Below are positions 1-8,303 of a stretch of 64,000 nucleotides of DNA, in pieces (the first letter of the stretch is position 1; every line of letters begins with the position of its first letter). This DNA comes from a virus (taxonomy: Duplodnaviria; Caudoviricetes), in the IMG/VR virus record IMGVR_UViG_3300028840_002847, positions 2,188 through 66,187 of that record; one strand, given 5' to 3'. The notes under the pieces are model-generated. The model ran no database searches and was not told the DNA's origin. It was given only the letters and a program-made list of their open reading frames with translations. The position numbers and the translations under genes are program-made.

Positions 1-107
1 CCCCCTAAGGAAGCCTAAGGAGAACAATGGGTTGAGCGGGGTAGGTAAATAAAAGGAAAAAGGGGTGGCTCAGCCCACTGGAGAGCTTAGGGTTTCGCAC
101 TTTTTTG

Positions 108-136
108 TTGACAGGTTTGGCAATAAGGTTTAGGTT
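108..136 (+). promoter_or_regulatory. sigma70-like promoter for the queD/queE/folE block
   Basis: TTGACA (108-113), 17-nt spacer, TAGGTT (131-136); SD AAGGAG just before ATG 162. Confidence 0.6.
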
Positions 137-161
137 GCACCTCTAACCTTTAAGGAGAAAT

Positions 162-857
162 ATGACTAAGAGCCGCATAGGTATTTTGGCTGAGGAAATC
201 TCGGCACTTTTCGCCAAAGCGCAAGCTAGCCATAAATCCTCTATTATTTTGGACCTCCTCATGCAGGGGGGCCGCATATACCAACCCACCATACCCGCTG
301 AGGATTGGCGCTCCCAACCTGAGATTATGAGCTTGCTGCTTTATTGCGCAGGCTATAAAGAAGAAACGATAGGCTCATTTTCTTCACCCTCAACCTCAAG
401 AGGGATTTCGCAGCAAGCTGTGAGCAAGCGCTTAATAAAGGCGGCCTTGCTTATGGACGAGCGCTTTGGCGGGGACCTCGCAGACTTGCGAGAAAGGAGA
501 AATAAGGTGAAGCTATTATTCAAAACCCATTTTGACGCTGCTCATAATTTACCTAATTATGAGGGCGCTTGCGCTAATGTGCATGGGCATAGGTGGCTCG
601 TAGATATTGAGCTAGAGGGCGAGGTAAATCCTGAGACAGGGATGGTAATGGACTTCAAAATCCTCAAGCGCTTAATAAACCCGCTATTGCCTGATCATTC
701 TCAGGTAAATGAAATAGTGGCTAATCCAACCGCTGAGAATATTGCGGGCTTCCTTTTCAATAAGATAACCAAAGCGCTTGCAAGCGCTGAGGTGAGGGCT
801 AGGCTGCTGAGCCTCACGGTTTGGGAGACTCCAGAAACGGGGGCCAAATACCCTTAG
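162..857 (+). CDS. queD: 6-carboxytetrahydropterin synthase QueD with an N-terminal HTH-like extension
   Basis: FDAAH, CANVHGH (CxxxHGH), PTAENIA, VWET motifs; N-terminal GISQQAVSKRL resembles an HTH recognition helix; internal SD plus in-frame GTG at 507. Confidence 0.9.
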   Translation: MTKSRIGILAEEISALFAKAQASHKSSIILDLLMQGGRIYQPTIPAEDWRSQPEIMSLLLYCAGYKEETIGSFSSPSTSRGISQQAVSKRLIKAALLMDERFGGDLADLRERRNKVKLLFKTHFDAAHNLPNYEGACANVHGHRWLVDIELEGEVNPETGMVMDFKILKRLINPLLPDHSQVNEIVANPTAENIAGFLFNKITKALASAEVRARLLSLTVWETPETGAKYP

Positions 858-1072
858 CGCTCTAGCTAGCTTGGAGCATACTTAACCCTCACCCCTACCC
901 GCTTAATAACCTAGCTCAGATGAGCGTCTAGCACGCTTATGAAAAGCCTGAGAAGAGCCATGAGCCTTAATTCAACTATCAGCAGGAACACTAAGGAGAC
1001 AGCAGGGCAGAGCCGGCCGCCCCTCTCAACCCTAAGGAGAAGGGGTAGGAGAGCCTTATAAGGAGATAAAGC

Positions 1073-1681
1073 ATGAAGCTAAAGGTGGTAGAGCAATTTA
1101 TGAGCGTGCAGGGGGAGGGCTTGCTAGCAGGACAGGGCGCTTGGTTTATTAGGCTCTTTGGTTGTAATTTGAACTGTCCTTTTTGCGATACCCGCTATGC
1201 GAAAGAGGGCAAGGGGTGGGAGCGAATAGAGGTGCATGAGCTAGCAAGAGCAGCCATTGCAAGCAAGCAAGCCCTAGTGGTAATAACAGGTGGCGAGCCA
1301 ACTCAGCAAGCCCGAGGGCTATGCAGGCTCATTGAGCGCTTGCAGGGCGCAGGGCTTAAGGTGCAGGTTGAGACTAATGGAACGGGCAAGCTATCCAAGC
1401 CCGCTAGCCTAGCCCATATAACCCTAAGCCCAAAGCGCAAGGGGAGGGTGTGCAAGCAGATGTGGCGCATAGCGGATGAGGTAAAGATTGTGGTGGGCAA
1501 TAAAGTGGACGTGGACTGGGCGCTAGCATTGGTGAGCAGGGCTGGCTATAAGGGTGCTGTGAGCTTGCAGGCTGAGAGTAATAGCAAGCAAGCGCTTAAG
1601 GCAGCTATTAAGGCAGTGCTGGAGAGTAGAGGTAAGCTGAGGTTAAGCGTGCAACTTCATAAATTGATTGAGGTGAAATAA
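1073..1681 (+). CDS. queE: 7-carboxy-7-deazaguanine synthase QueE (radical SAM)
   Basis: SVQGEG, FIRLFGCNLNCPFCDT (CxxxCxxC), ITGGEP, VETNG, TLSPK, SVQLHK. Confidence 0.95.
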   Translation: MKLKVVEQFMSVQGEGLLAGQGAWFIRLFGCNLNCPFCDTRYAKEGKGWERIEVHELARAAIASKQALVVITGGEPTQQARGLCRLIERLQGAGLKVQVETNGTGKLSKPASLAHITLSPKRKGRVCKQMWRIADEVKIVVGNKVDVDWALALVSRAGYKGAVSLQAESNSKQALKAAIKAVLESRGKLRLSVQLHKLIEVK

Positions 1682-1809
1682 CGCAAGCGGCGCAAGCGCT
1701 ATAAAAGGCATTTGAAAAAGTAAATCGGGCAGGAGTGAGCGCCTAAGGTCTAGGCGTGCCTGCACGGGGTTAAGTGCGAAACCATAAGGAGATCAATAGG
1801 GAGAGAGGT

Positions 1810-2373
1810 ATGTACGAAATAAAAGATGACATCGAGGCTATGCAATTTATTAAGAGCCTGCTGAGGTATATGGGAGAGGATCCCGAGCGGGAAGGATTAA
1901 AGCGGACGCCTGAGCGCATGGTGGCAGCAAGCAGGCAATTGTTTGCAGGCTATTCTCGATCCCCCGCTGAGGTGCTTAATAGAGTATTCACTTGCGCTTA
2001 TGACGAGATGGTAGTGCTGAGAGATATTGAATTTTTCTCCACCTGTGAGCATCACCTCATGCCCTTTTTTGGGCGGGCTGCCATAGCATATATTCCTAAT
2101 GGGAAAGTGGTAGGGATATCCAAGCTCGCCCGCTTGCTTGAGGTATATGCTAGGCGCTTACAAATCCAAGAGAAGCTCACAGCTCAAATAGCGGACGCCA
2201 TTGAGAAGCACCTTGAGCCTAGGGGTACCGCAGTCTTTATCCAAGCTCAGCACCTTTGCATGACAGCGAGGGGAGTGGGCAAGCAGAATTCAATAATGGT
2301 AACGAGTACCCTGCGAGGCTGCTTCAAAGAGGGCGCCCCGAGAGCAGAGTTCCTAGCGCTTGCGAGGGCATAG
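1810..2373 (+). CDS. folE: GTP cyclohydrolase I FolE
   Basis: [42 protein letters not shown]; ATG 1810 preferred to GTG 1774. Confidence 0.95.
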   Translation: MYEIKDDIEAMQFIKSLLRYMGEDPEREGLKRTPERMVAASRQLFAGYSRSPAEVLNRVFTCAYDEMVVLRDIEFFSTCEHHLMPFFGRAAIAYIPNGKVVGISKLARLLEVYARRLQIQEKLTAQIADAIEKHLEPRGTAVFIQAQHLCMTARGVGKQNSIMVTSTLRGCFKEGAPRAEFLALARA

Positions 2374-2572
2374 CATAGCATTAGGCATTGGGCGCTGAGG
2401 ACAGGGAAGAGGACGGGACTCAATATTGAATACCCTAAGCCCTTGATCGCCTTATGTCTAGGGTGGGGAGAGCGGGGTAAGGGTGCGCAGGCATAAGGTC
2501 TGCTTAGGGCTCGCAGGGGTAAAGGGAACCACTTATGGGTTATAAGGGGAAGAGGCGCAGGTTGAATCTTGA

Positions 2573-2678
2573 GCTGCCTTATTTCTAGATTTGGTTTTGG
2601 CTAATCCTGATTCTCGATCCTGCTTGCGCTTGCTAGCTTGAGGGCTGCCTTATTTCTCGATCCTGCTGAGGGCAGCTC
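2573..2678. repeat. intergenic direct repeats
   Basis: GCTGCCTTATTTCT at 2573 and 2644; TTCTCGATCCTGCT at 2611 and 2654. Confidence 0.7.
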
Positions 2679-2929
2679 GTCCCATAATAATAATGAACGG
2701 GGTGTGCGAAGCATAAGGAGACCAGTGGGCTGGACGGGGTGGCACCCCTCAGGGCTTAGGTCTCCAATGGTTTTCGCGGGGTAGGGTGTCGCGACTCAGG
2801 TGCCCCTTCCCTGATTTTCGCTTCTCCGGGAACGAAGCGGCAGGTACCCTGACAATTTGACTGATCATGCGAAAAACTTAAAGTGGCATAATCGCCACCA
2901 ACGGAAAGCAGTAAAGGGAGGACGGGATA

Positions 2930-3598
2930 ATGAGTGAGGAAAAAGAGGCATATATAGTGCGGGAAGCCTGCCACAGATGCGGGATAGTAGCGGAGCTGGG
3001 AGCGGACAAGCTCTGCAATGATTGCCGGGACGGGAAGCCACTCGTGGAGCAGTGCGCAAAGTGCGGGGCAAAGGGCAAAGTGGTACCGGAATCGGGATTG
3101 TGCGCTAAATGCGAAGCGGCACGCCTGAAAGAGGAAATGTTCCCGGAAAAACCGCCGCTCAGCGCGGGGCGGGTGCGGAAGACAGCGGGCGGGAAACGGA
3201 AAGCGCCTCAGGTGCGCTCTAAGGCTGTAAAAAAGGCAAAGTGTGCTAGGTGCGGGCGCAAAATGACGCTGATAAGCCGGAACCTCTGCGGGACCTGCTA
3301 TACTATCGTCCGTAAAGCGGGTGACTTAGGAAACTTCCCTAAGGTATCACGGAGCAAAAAGGCCGCCCCGGCTAAAAAGGTCCAAGGGCTAGCGGTAATA
3401 GATATTCCGGTTTCCGAAAAGATCGATCTTCGTAGTCTAATTGCGGATATGCAGGAAAACATTGCCAAGGAATGCGAGGCAATGGTACTGTCTATTCGTC
3501 AACTCGCAGACCAGAAACGGGACGAAGCGGAAGCGCTCCGGGAAAAAGCTAACCAAGGCGAGGCAATCATAATCCGAATGAGGGAGCTAGCGTTATGA
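2930..3598 (+). CDS. Cys-rich multi-zinc-finger protein with basic middle and C-terminal coiled coil, possible regulator
   Basis: six CxxC pairs; Lys/Arg-rich stretch; ATGA overlap with next gene. Confidence 0.55.
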   Translation: MSEEKEAYIVREACHRCGIVAELGADKLCNDCRDGKPLVEQCAKCGAKGKVVPESGLCAKCEAARLKEEMFPEKPPLSAGRVRKTAGGKRKAPQVRSKAVKKAKCARCGRKMTLISRNLCGTCYTIVRKAGDLGNFPKVSRSKKAAPAKKVQGLAVIDIPVSEKIDLRSLIADMQENIAKECEAMVLSIRQLADQKRDEAEALREKANQGEAIIIRMRELAL

Positions 3599-3981
3599 TA
3601 AATAATATTACCTTAAAGATTAATGAGGACGCGGTAATGTGCGCCATCCGTCCATATATCGTTGTCAACCTTCGCTGGGAAGGAGTCCATAATTGGCCCG
3701 GTTGCGACCTTCCGTCTGTCCTTTTCCTCCGGGATCCGCACCGCCACGTATTCCATATAGAAATCGGCAAACCAGTGAGCCACGGGGACCGGGATATAGA
3801 AATAATCATCTTTAAGCGTGCTGTCTTATCCTGTCTAGATGCTCACTTTCCAGACAGGGACATGGGAAGCCTATCCTGTGAACAGCTTGCAGAATTCCTG
3901 CTAAAAGAGTTCGGGGCAAAGTGGGTCAAAGTGCTTGAGGACGGGGAGAACGGGGCAGAAGTCCGAGCTGAGGTGCTATAA
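3595..3981 (+). CDS. QueD-like T-fold protein, DpdL-like (putative CDG decarboxylase)
   Basis: EGVHNWP, LRDPHRHVF (LxxxHRHxF in place of CxxxHGH), SCEQLA, VLEDGENG; context of deazaguanine genes. Confidence 0.7.
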   Translation: MINNITLKINEDAVMCAIRPYIVVNLRWEGVHNWPGCDLPSVLFLRDPHRHVFHIEIGKPVSHGDRDIEIIIFKRAVLSCLDAHFPDRDMGSLSCEQLAEFLLKEFGAKWVKVLEDGENGAEVRAEVL

Positions 3982-4961
3982 TGAGCCGGTGGCGCAAAAT
4001 ATGGTATCTCCCCCTCGAATATAACGATATGCGGCCGACTTCCTGCTTTGACAGGGAGATTAGAGCTTACCTCGAAGGGTGCGGGTCAGACTTCTGCGTA
4101 ATCAACTTCCCGGAGCTTGATAATGCCGGGATTAAAAAAGGCTCGTTCCTCGATGCCCCGACGACTATTCAGGTCAAGATGCAACAGCTTTCCGTTCTCG
4201 CCTACCGCTACGGGAGCGGGCAAATCACTGACGACGATCTGATATTCACTCAGGATATTTGGTTCCCGGGACTTACCGCTATTCCGTACCTTAATTATTT
4301 CTGCAAAGTGCGCCCTCAACTCCGCGGCTTACTCCATGCCGGGACCTTTACCGATACCGATTTCGTTCGGCAGCTTGAGCGCTGGGGCGCTATGTTTGAG
4401 AATTGTCTTTTCGATATCGTCGATAAGGTTTTCGTGGCTAGCGATTTTATCAGGGACGACGTTCTCCAAAAGCGGTTGTGCAGCCCGGACAAGATTGAGG
4501 CAACCGGCTGGCCGAATGACTACTATGGAGTCGACCAGTATAAATCTCTCCGGGAAGAAAAAGAAGAACTCGTAGTTTTTTGCGCCCGCAACGTGGACGA
4601 AAAGCAGCCGTGGAAATTCGAGAAGCTAGCCGATAGGCTCCGCTTTTTTGGAGCTGAATTTATCAATACTCAAGCCCAGAACTTATCCCGGGAGCAGTAT
4701 TACATGGTTCTCAACCGCGCAAAGGTTATAGTCAGCTTCGCCCTGCAGGAAAACTTTGGTCATGCAATTATGGAAGCGGTCCATGCTGGCTGTATCCCGA
4801 TAGTTCCCGACAGGTGCGCCTATCCCGAATTTTATCCCGACGAATACAGGTTCAGGGACTTCGACGAGTGTGTTGAAAAGGTGATGATGGCACTTTCCGG
4901 CACTCTACCCCGTATTCCAGCCCCGGTTTTCCCGGATGCCGTCAAAAGGTGGTTCGAATGA
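3981..4961 (+). CDS. GT-B (GT4-like) glycosyltransferase
   Basis: RNVDEKQP, QENFGHAIMEA (Ex7E), GCIPIVP; TAATG overlap upstream and ATGA overlap downstream. Confidence 0.85.
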   Translation: MSRWRKIWYLPLEYNDMRPTSCFDREIRAYLEGCGSDFCVINFPELDNAGIKKGSFLDAPTTIQVKMQQLSVLAYRYGSGQITDDDLIFTQDIWFPGLTAIPYLNYFCKVRPQLRGLLHAGTFTDTDFVRQLERWGAMFENCLFDIVDKVFVASDFIRDDVLQKRLCSPDKIEATGWPNDYYGVDQYKSLREEKEELVVFCARNVDEKQPWKFEKLADRLRFFGAEFINTQAQNLSREQYYMVLNRAKVIVSFALQENFGHAIMEAVHAGCIPIVPDRCAYPEFYPDEYRFRDFDECVEKVMMALSGTLPRIPAPVFPDAVKRWFE

Positions 4962-5773
4962 TATTATACGGAGCAGGGTGCGCTTTCGGGCAAGATCAGC
5001 TTCCCGCTTTTTGTGCCCGCCATAGGATAGCTAAGCTCTATTCCTATAATGGTCCTGGAGAAAGAAAGATTATTAATCGCTGGGCCGGCAAGATTAAGCT
5101 CATGGTTGATTCTGGTGCTCACTCATGGAATAAAATTCATACTGTCAAGGTCGGCGCTACTAAATCCCGACCTTGGCTCACCCCGGTGCGGAAGTATATT
5201 CCGCAGTATATAGAGTTCATCAAAGAGCACAAGGACAGAAAGCACTTGACATTCGTTGAGCTTGATGTCTATCGTTTCCTCCCGAAAGAGGAAATAGATG
5301 ATATGTACAAGGAAGTGATAGCAATACCCGATAGGCAGTTCGAATACATTCGCGTGTACCACCCTGTTATGGACAACGGAACCCTGGAAGTGCTTGACGA
5401 ATGGATTGCCGAGGGTCAAACTTACATAGGGATAGGGCGGGATAGCCAACCAATATTCCACAAGATTTTCAACAAGACCCGGGACAAGGTTCGCGTCCAC
5501 GGCTTCGCTGTCCTCGGCAGGAAGATATTGGAAACCTATCCTTTTTACTCCGCTGACTCAACTACCCCGGTAACCCCTGCAATGTATGCCCTCCATATTG
5601 ACCGCGACTTCAAACTAAGGTCCAAGGTCAACCTGCGGGAGAATAAGCGCATGGAGGCGCTTCTGGACACGAAATACACGACTTTCAAGGCGTTCCTCGC
5701 CATGAAGTATATGCAGGACGAATTAACCCTGCTCTGGGAGAACCGGGGCGTAAAATGGCCTGTTGTTTATTAG
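4958..5773 (+). CDS. dpdA: DpdA/TGT-like DNA guanine transglycosylase
   Basis: LMVDSGAHS, FVELDV, IRVYH, YIGIG, RVHGFA, FYSADSTT fit the TGT-like barrel motif series; ATG 4958 overlaps the GT stop. Confidence 0.75.
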   Translation: MILYGAGCAFGQDQLPAFCARHRIAKLYSYNGPGERKIINRWAGKIKLMVDSGAHSWNKIHTVKVGATKSRPWLTPVRKYIPQYIEFIKEHKDRKHLTFVELDVYRFLPKEEIDDMYKEVIAIPDRQFEYIRVYHPVMDNGTLEVLDEWIAEGQTYIGIGRDSQPIFHKIFNKTRDKVRVHGFAVLGRKILETYPFYSADSTTPVTPAMYALHIDRDFKLRSKVNLRENKRMEALLDTKYTTFKAFLAMKYMQDELTLLWENRGVKWPVVY

Positions 5774-5788
5774 GCTAAGGAGAAAGCT

Positions 5789-6628
5789 ATGGCTGCCATA
5801 GACAGATTTAAGACTATCCCGATCGACAAGTTGGTCGCCGCCGATTGGAATTATAAAGAAGATAATGACCATACCCGGGAAACGCAGGAAGCTCTGGTCG
5901 AGAACCTCAAGCGCAACGGACAGATAGAAAATATCCTCGTCCGGGACCTGCCTAACGATATGCACGAAGTCATCAACGGGAACCATAGGCTCAAGGCTTT
6001 TAAGAAGGCGGGCATCACCGAAGCCGTGGTCTTTGATTTCGGAGAAATACCGCTCAAGGCAGCCCAGAGGATAGCCATAGAGACCAATGAAACCAAGTTC
6101 CCGGCTAATGACATTAAACTTGGTATGCTCATTGAATCTATCGCAGAGGAATACTCCCTCGACGACCTCAGGGAAACTATGCCTTACGATTTAGAAGAGC
6201 TTGAGGCGTATAAGAACATGAGCAATTTTGATTGGGACGCGATGCCGGCCGCAGGCGGAAAAGGTGACGGTGGCGGGGGGAAGATGGCTCGGTTCCGTGA
6301 AGGGTGGGTTGAGATAGTTGAACTCCTCGCTCTGTTCGGTGTATTCCAGATTCCTGATGCCGTTGCGCAGGTGCTAGTCGAAGAGCTAGAGCGCATCGCT
6401 GAATCGCAAGGACTTTCCGACGCTCAAAGGTGGAAAGCCTTAAAGGCAATCGCGATCAATTCCCGGAAAGCCGCGGGCTTACCTGAAATCGACATACCCG
6501 ACCCTAAGAACCCGGACGCAGATTTACACCCGGCGCAGCCTGACGACCAGCGTCCTGCCAACGACAAAGCAGACAATGAAATATCTGAAACGGACAAGTC
6601 TGGAGAAGGTCTTCCTAAAGACGACTAG
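5789..6628 (+). CDS. ParB/Srx N-terminal domain protein
   Basis: IPIDKL..ADWN, LVENLKRNGQIENILVR, VINGNHRLKA. Confidence 0.85.
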   Translation: MAAIDRFKTIPIDKLVAADWNYKEDNDHTRETQEALVENLKRNGQIENILVRDLPNDMHEVINGNHRLKAFKKAGITEAVVFDFGEIPLKAAQRIAIETNETKFPANDIKLGMLIESIAEEYSLDDLRETMPYDLEELEAYKNMSNFDWDAMPAAGGKGDGGGGKMARFREGWVEIVELLALFGVFQIPDAVAQVLVEELERIAESQGLSDAQRWKALKAIAINSRKAAGLPEIDIPDPKNPDADLHPAQPDDQRPANDKADNEISETDKSGEGLPKDD

Positions 6629-7298
6629 GATAAGGCGGGATATCGTCTCGTCTGGCAATTATAAGACGGGCCTCTCTATCAATTTTCCGGTTATCACCTG
6701 CGCCCCGACTGAAGTGTGCAGGCGGTTATGCTACGGACTGAAGGGGCGGTTAGCTATGACTCCGGCGCTTAAATACGCCTGTCATACTTTCCGCACCTTC
6801 AAGACTTTACACCCTGAGGTATTAAAATACCTCGTCCTCAGAGATTTTGCTGATAACGGGTTTATCAGGTGGAACGGGATAGGCGATTTATTCCCTGAAA
6901 GTATTGCCGTCATTAACCTGATTACCGAGATGCCGCAGATGGTCTTTTCCCGGAAACCTATTCTGCTGAATAAGGTCAATCATCACGTCCTGAGAATATT
7001 CTCAGCTGACCGCTCTAACTGGGACAAGGTCAATCTTTTAGACCCGGGTATAGTTGTATCATATCTGGTAAGTGAAGGCGATACTGTCAAAGACGTGATG
7101 GACAAAGGCGACCAGATAGATATTCTGTTCCTCGACAACCCGAAATACTATTTAGCCTTTAAGAGTTTGAAAAGTAAATGGTGCCGAGGGGATAGTTTCG
7201 CTAACAGCAAAGAAGGAGCCTGTAACAGGAGCTTTGCGGCAGCTACAGGGTGCTTTAAGGGGGCTAGAGCGCATGACACGCCCAAGATACGAGAATAG
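6576..7298 (+). CDS. GP88-like, radical-SAM-related Fe-S protein
   Basis: SINFPVITCAPTEVCRRLCYG (Cx5Cx3C) and FIRWNGIGD. Confidence 0.6.
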   Translation: MKYLKRTSLEKVFLKTTRIRRDIVSSGNYKTGLSINFPVITCAPTEVCRRLCYGLKGRLAMTPALKYACHTFRTFKTLHPEVLKYLVLRDFADNGFIRWNGIGDLFPESIAVINLITEMPQMVFSRKPILLNKVNHHVLRIFSADRSNWDKVNLLDPGIVVSYLVSEGDTVKDVMDKGDQIDILFLDNPKYYLAFKSLKSKWCRGDSFANSKEGACNRSFAAATGCFKGARAHDTPKIRE

Positions 7299-7746
7299 TA
7301 GTCATAGGATAGCGGAAAAAGAGTTTCAAAGCGATATCGAGGGCCTGACAGGTTGCGAGCTTCGTAAATTGGATTGGCGCAAGTACGGCTGGGACTTCGC
7401 AATGTTTGATGGCGACCACCTCGTCCGCTGGGTGGAGATGAAATGCCGGGCTTTCAAAATGGGGACGTTCCCCGACTACATGATTAGTTCTTATAAGTGG
7501 GCCAAAGGTGTAAATCTCCTTCTCGCTACCTCAAGACCTATCTCCTTAGCCGTACGGTTGCTCGATAATGACTACTGGTTTCATTACGGCATTCCGGAGC
7601 ATGGGCTGATGACTCTTCGGCTTGGTTGGGGTGGGCGAACTGACCGCGGGGATCCGTTTGACATGGAGCCGATGATTTATATTCCCTTCGAGCATTTTGA
7701 ACCTATGTATCCCGTAGAGAGCCGTTCAAGTTGTGATATCGGCTAA
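7273..7746 (+). CDS. PD-(D/E)XK-type nuclease-like phage protein
   Basis: WDFAM...VEMKCR; RTDRGDPFDMEP. Confidence 0.55.
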   Translation: MTRPRYENSSHRIAEKEFQSDIEGLTGCELRKLDWRKYGWDFAMFDGDHLVRWVEMKCRAFKMGTFPDYMISSYKWAKGVNLLLATSRPISLAVRLLDNDYWFHYGIPEHGLMTLRLGWGGRTDRGDPFDMEPMIYIPFEHFEPMYPVESRSSCDIG

Positions 7747-7763
7747 CTATTGAGAGGTGCTCC

Positions 7764-8303
7764 ATGACATCAGAAAATATTATAAAGAAACAGAATGACG
7801 CTATATTAGCCTCGATGGAAAAAGGTTCCTCGATGAATAAGGCGTGTCAGGCTGCTGGTATAAACCCTTCTACTTTCTGGCGGCGCAGGCAGGAAGATGA
7901 GCAGCTTGATGCAGCCTATGAGAGTGTCAGGGAATCGAGAATCCAAGTAGTTGAAGATGCTATGTTTGAATCCGCTATCGGTTCGGTAACGGTGACGGAG
8001 AAAAAGAAGCGGGTAAAGGTCGGGAAAGATAACAACGGTGAGGACACCTACGACCTCGTTCTTGTCGAGCGGGAGCGCAAGACAGCAAACGCCAGTGTTA
8101 CGGCGCAGATATTCTTGCTCTGTAACTGGGCCAAGGAGCGCTACCGGAACGTTTACGACATTGAGCATAGCATGGGTGAAGGTCGCTCTTTTGCCGACTT
8201 CACTAAAAAGATTTCGACATTCCTGAAGGAGACTAAAAAAGATGGGAAGAAAGCAGAGAGCACTGGCTCGCACGGTAAAGAAGAAGCGAAAGTATCCGAG
8301 TGA
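7764..8303 (+). CDS. terS: terminase small subunit
   Basis: HTH KACQAAGINPSTFWR, AQIFLLCN; directly upstream of terL. Confidence 0.8.
   Translation: MTSENIIKKQNDAILASMEKGSSMNKACQAAGINPSTFWRRRQEDEQLDAAYESVRESRIQVVEDAMFESAIGSVTVTEKKKRVKVGKDNNGEDTYDLVLVERERKTANASVTAQIFLLCNWAKERYRNVYDIEHSMGEGRSFADFTKKISTFLKETKKDGKKAESTGSHGKEEAKVSE

Noticed and set aside
858-1072. preQ1 riboswitch between queD and queE or upstream of queD
   Set aside because: No preQ1 stem-loop with an A-rich tail was found
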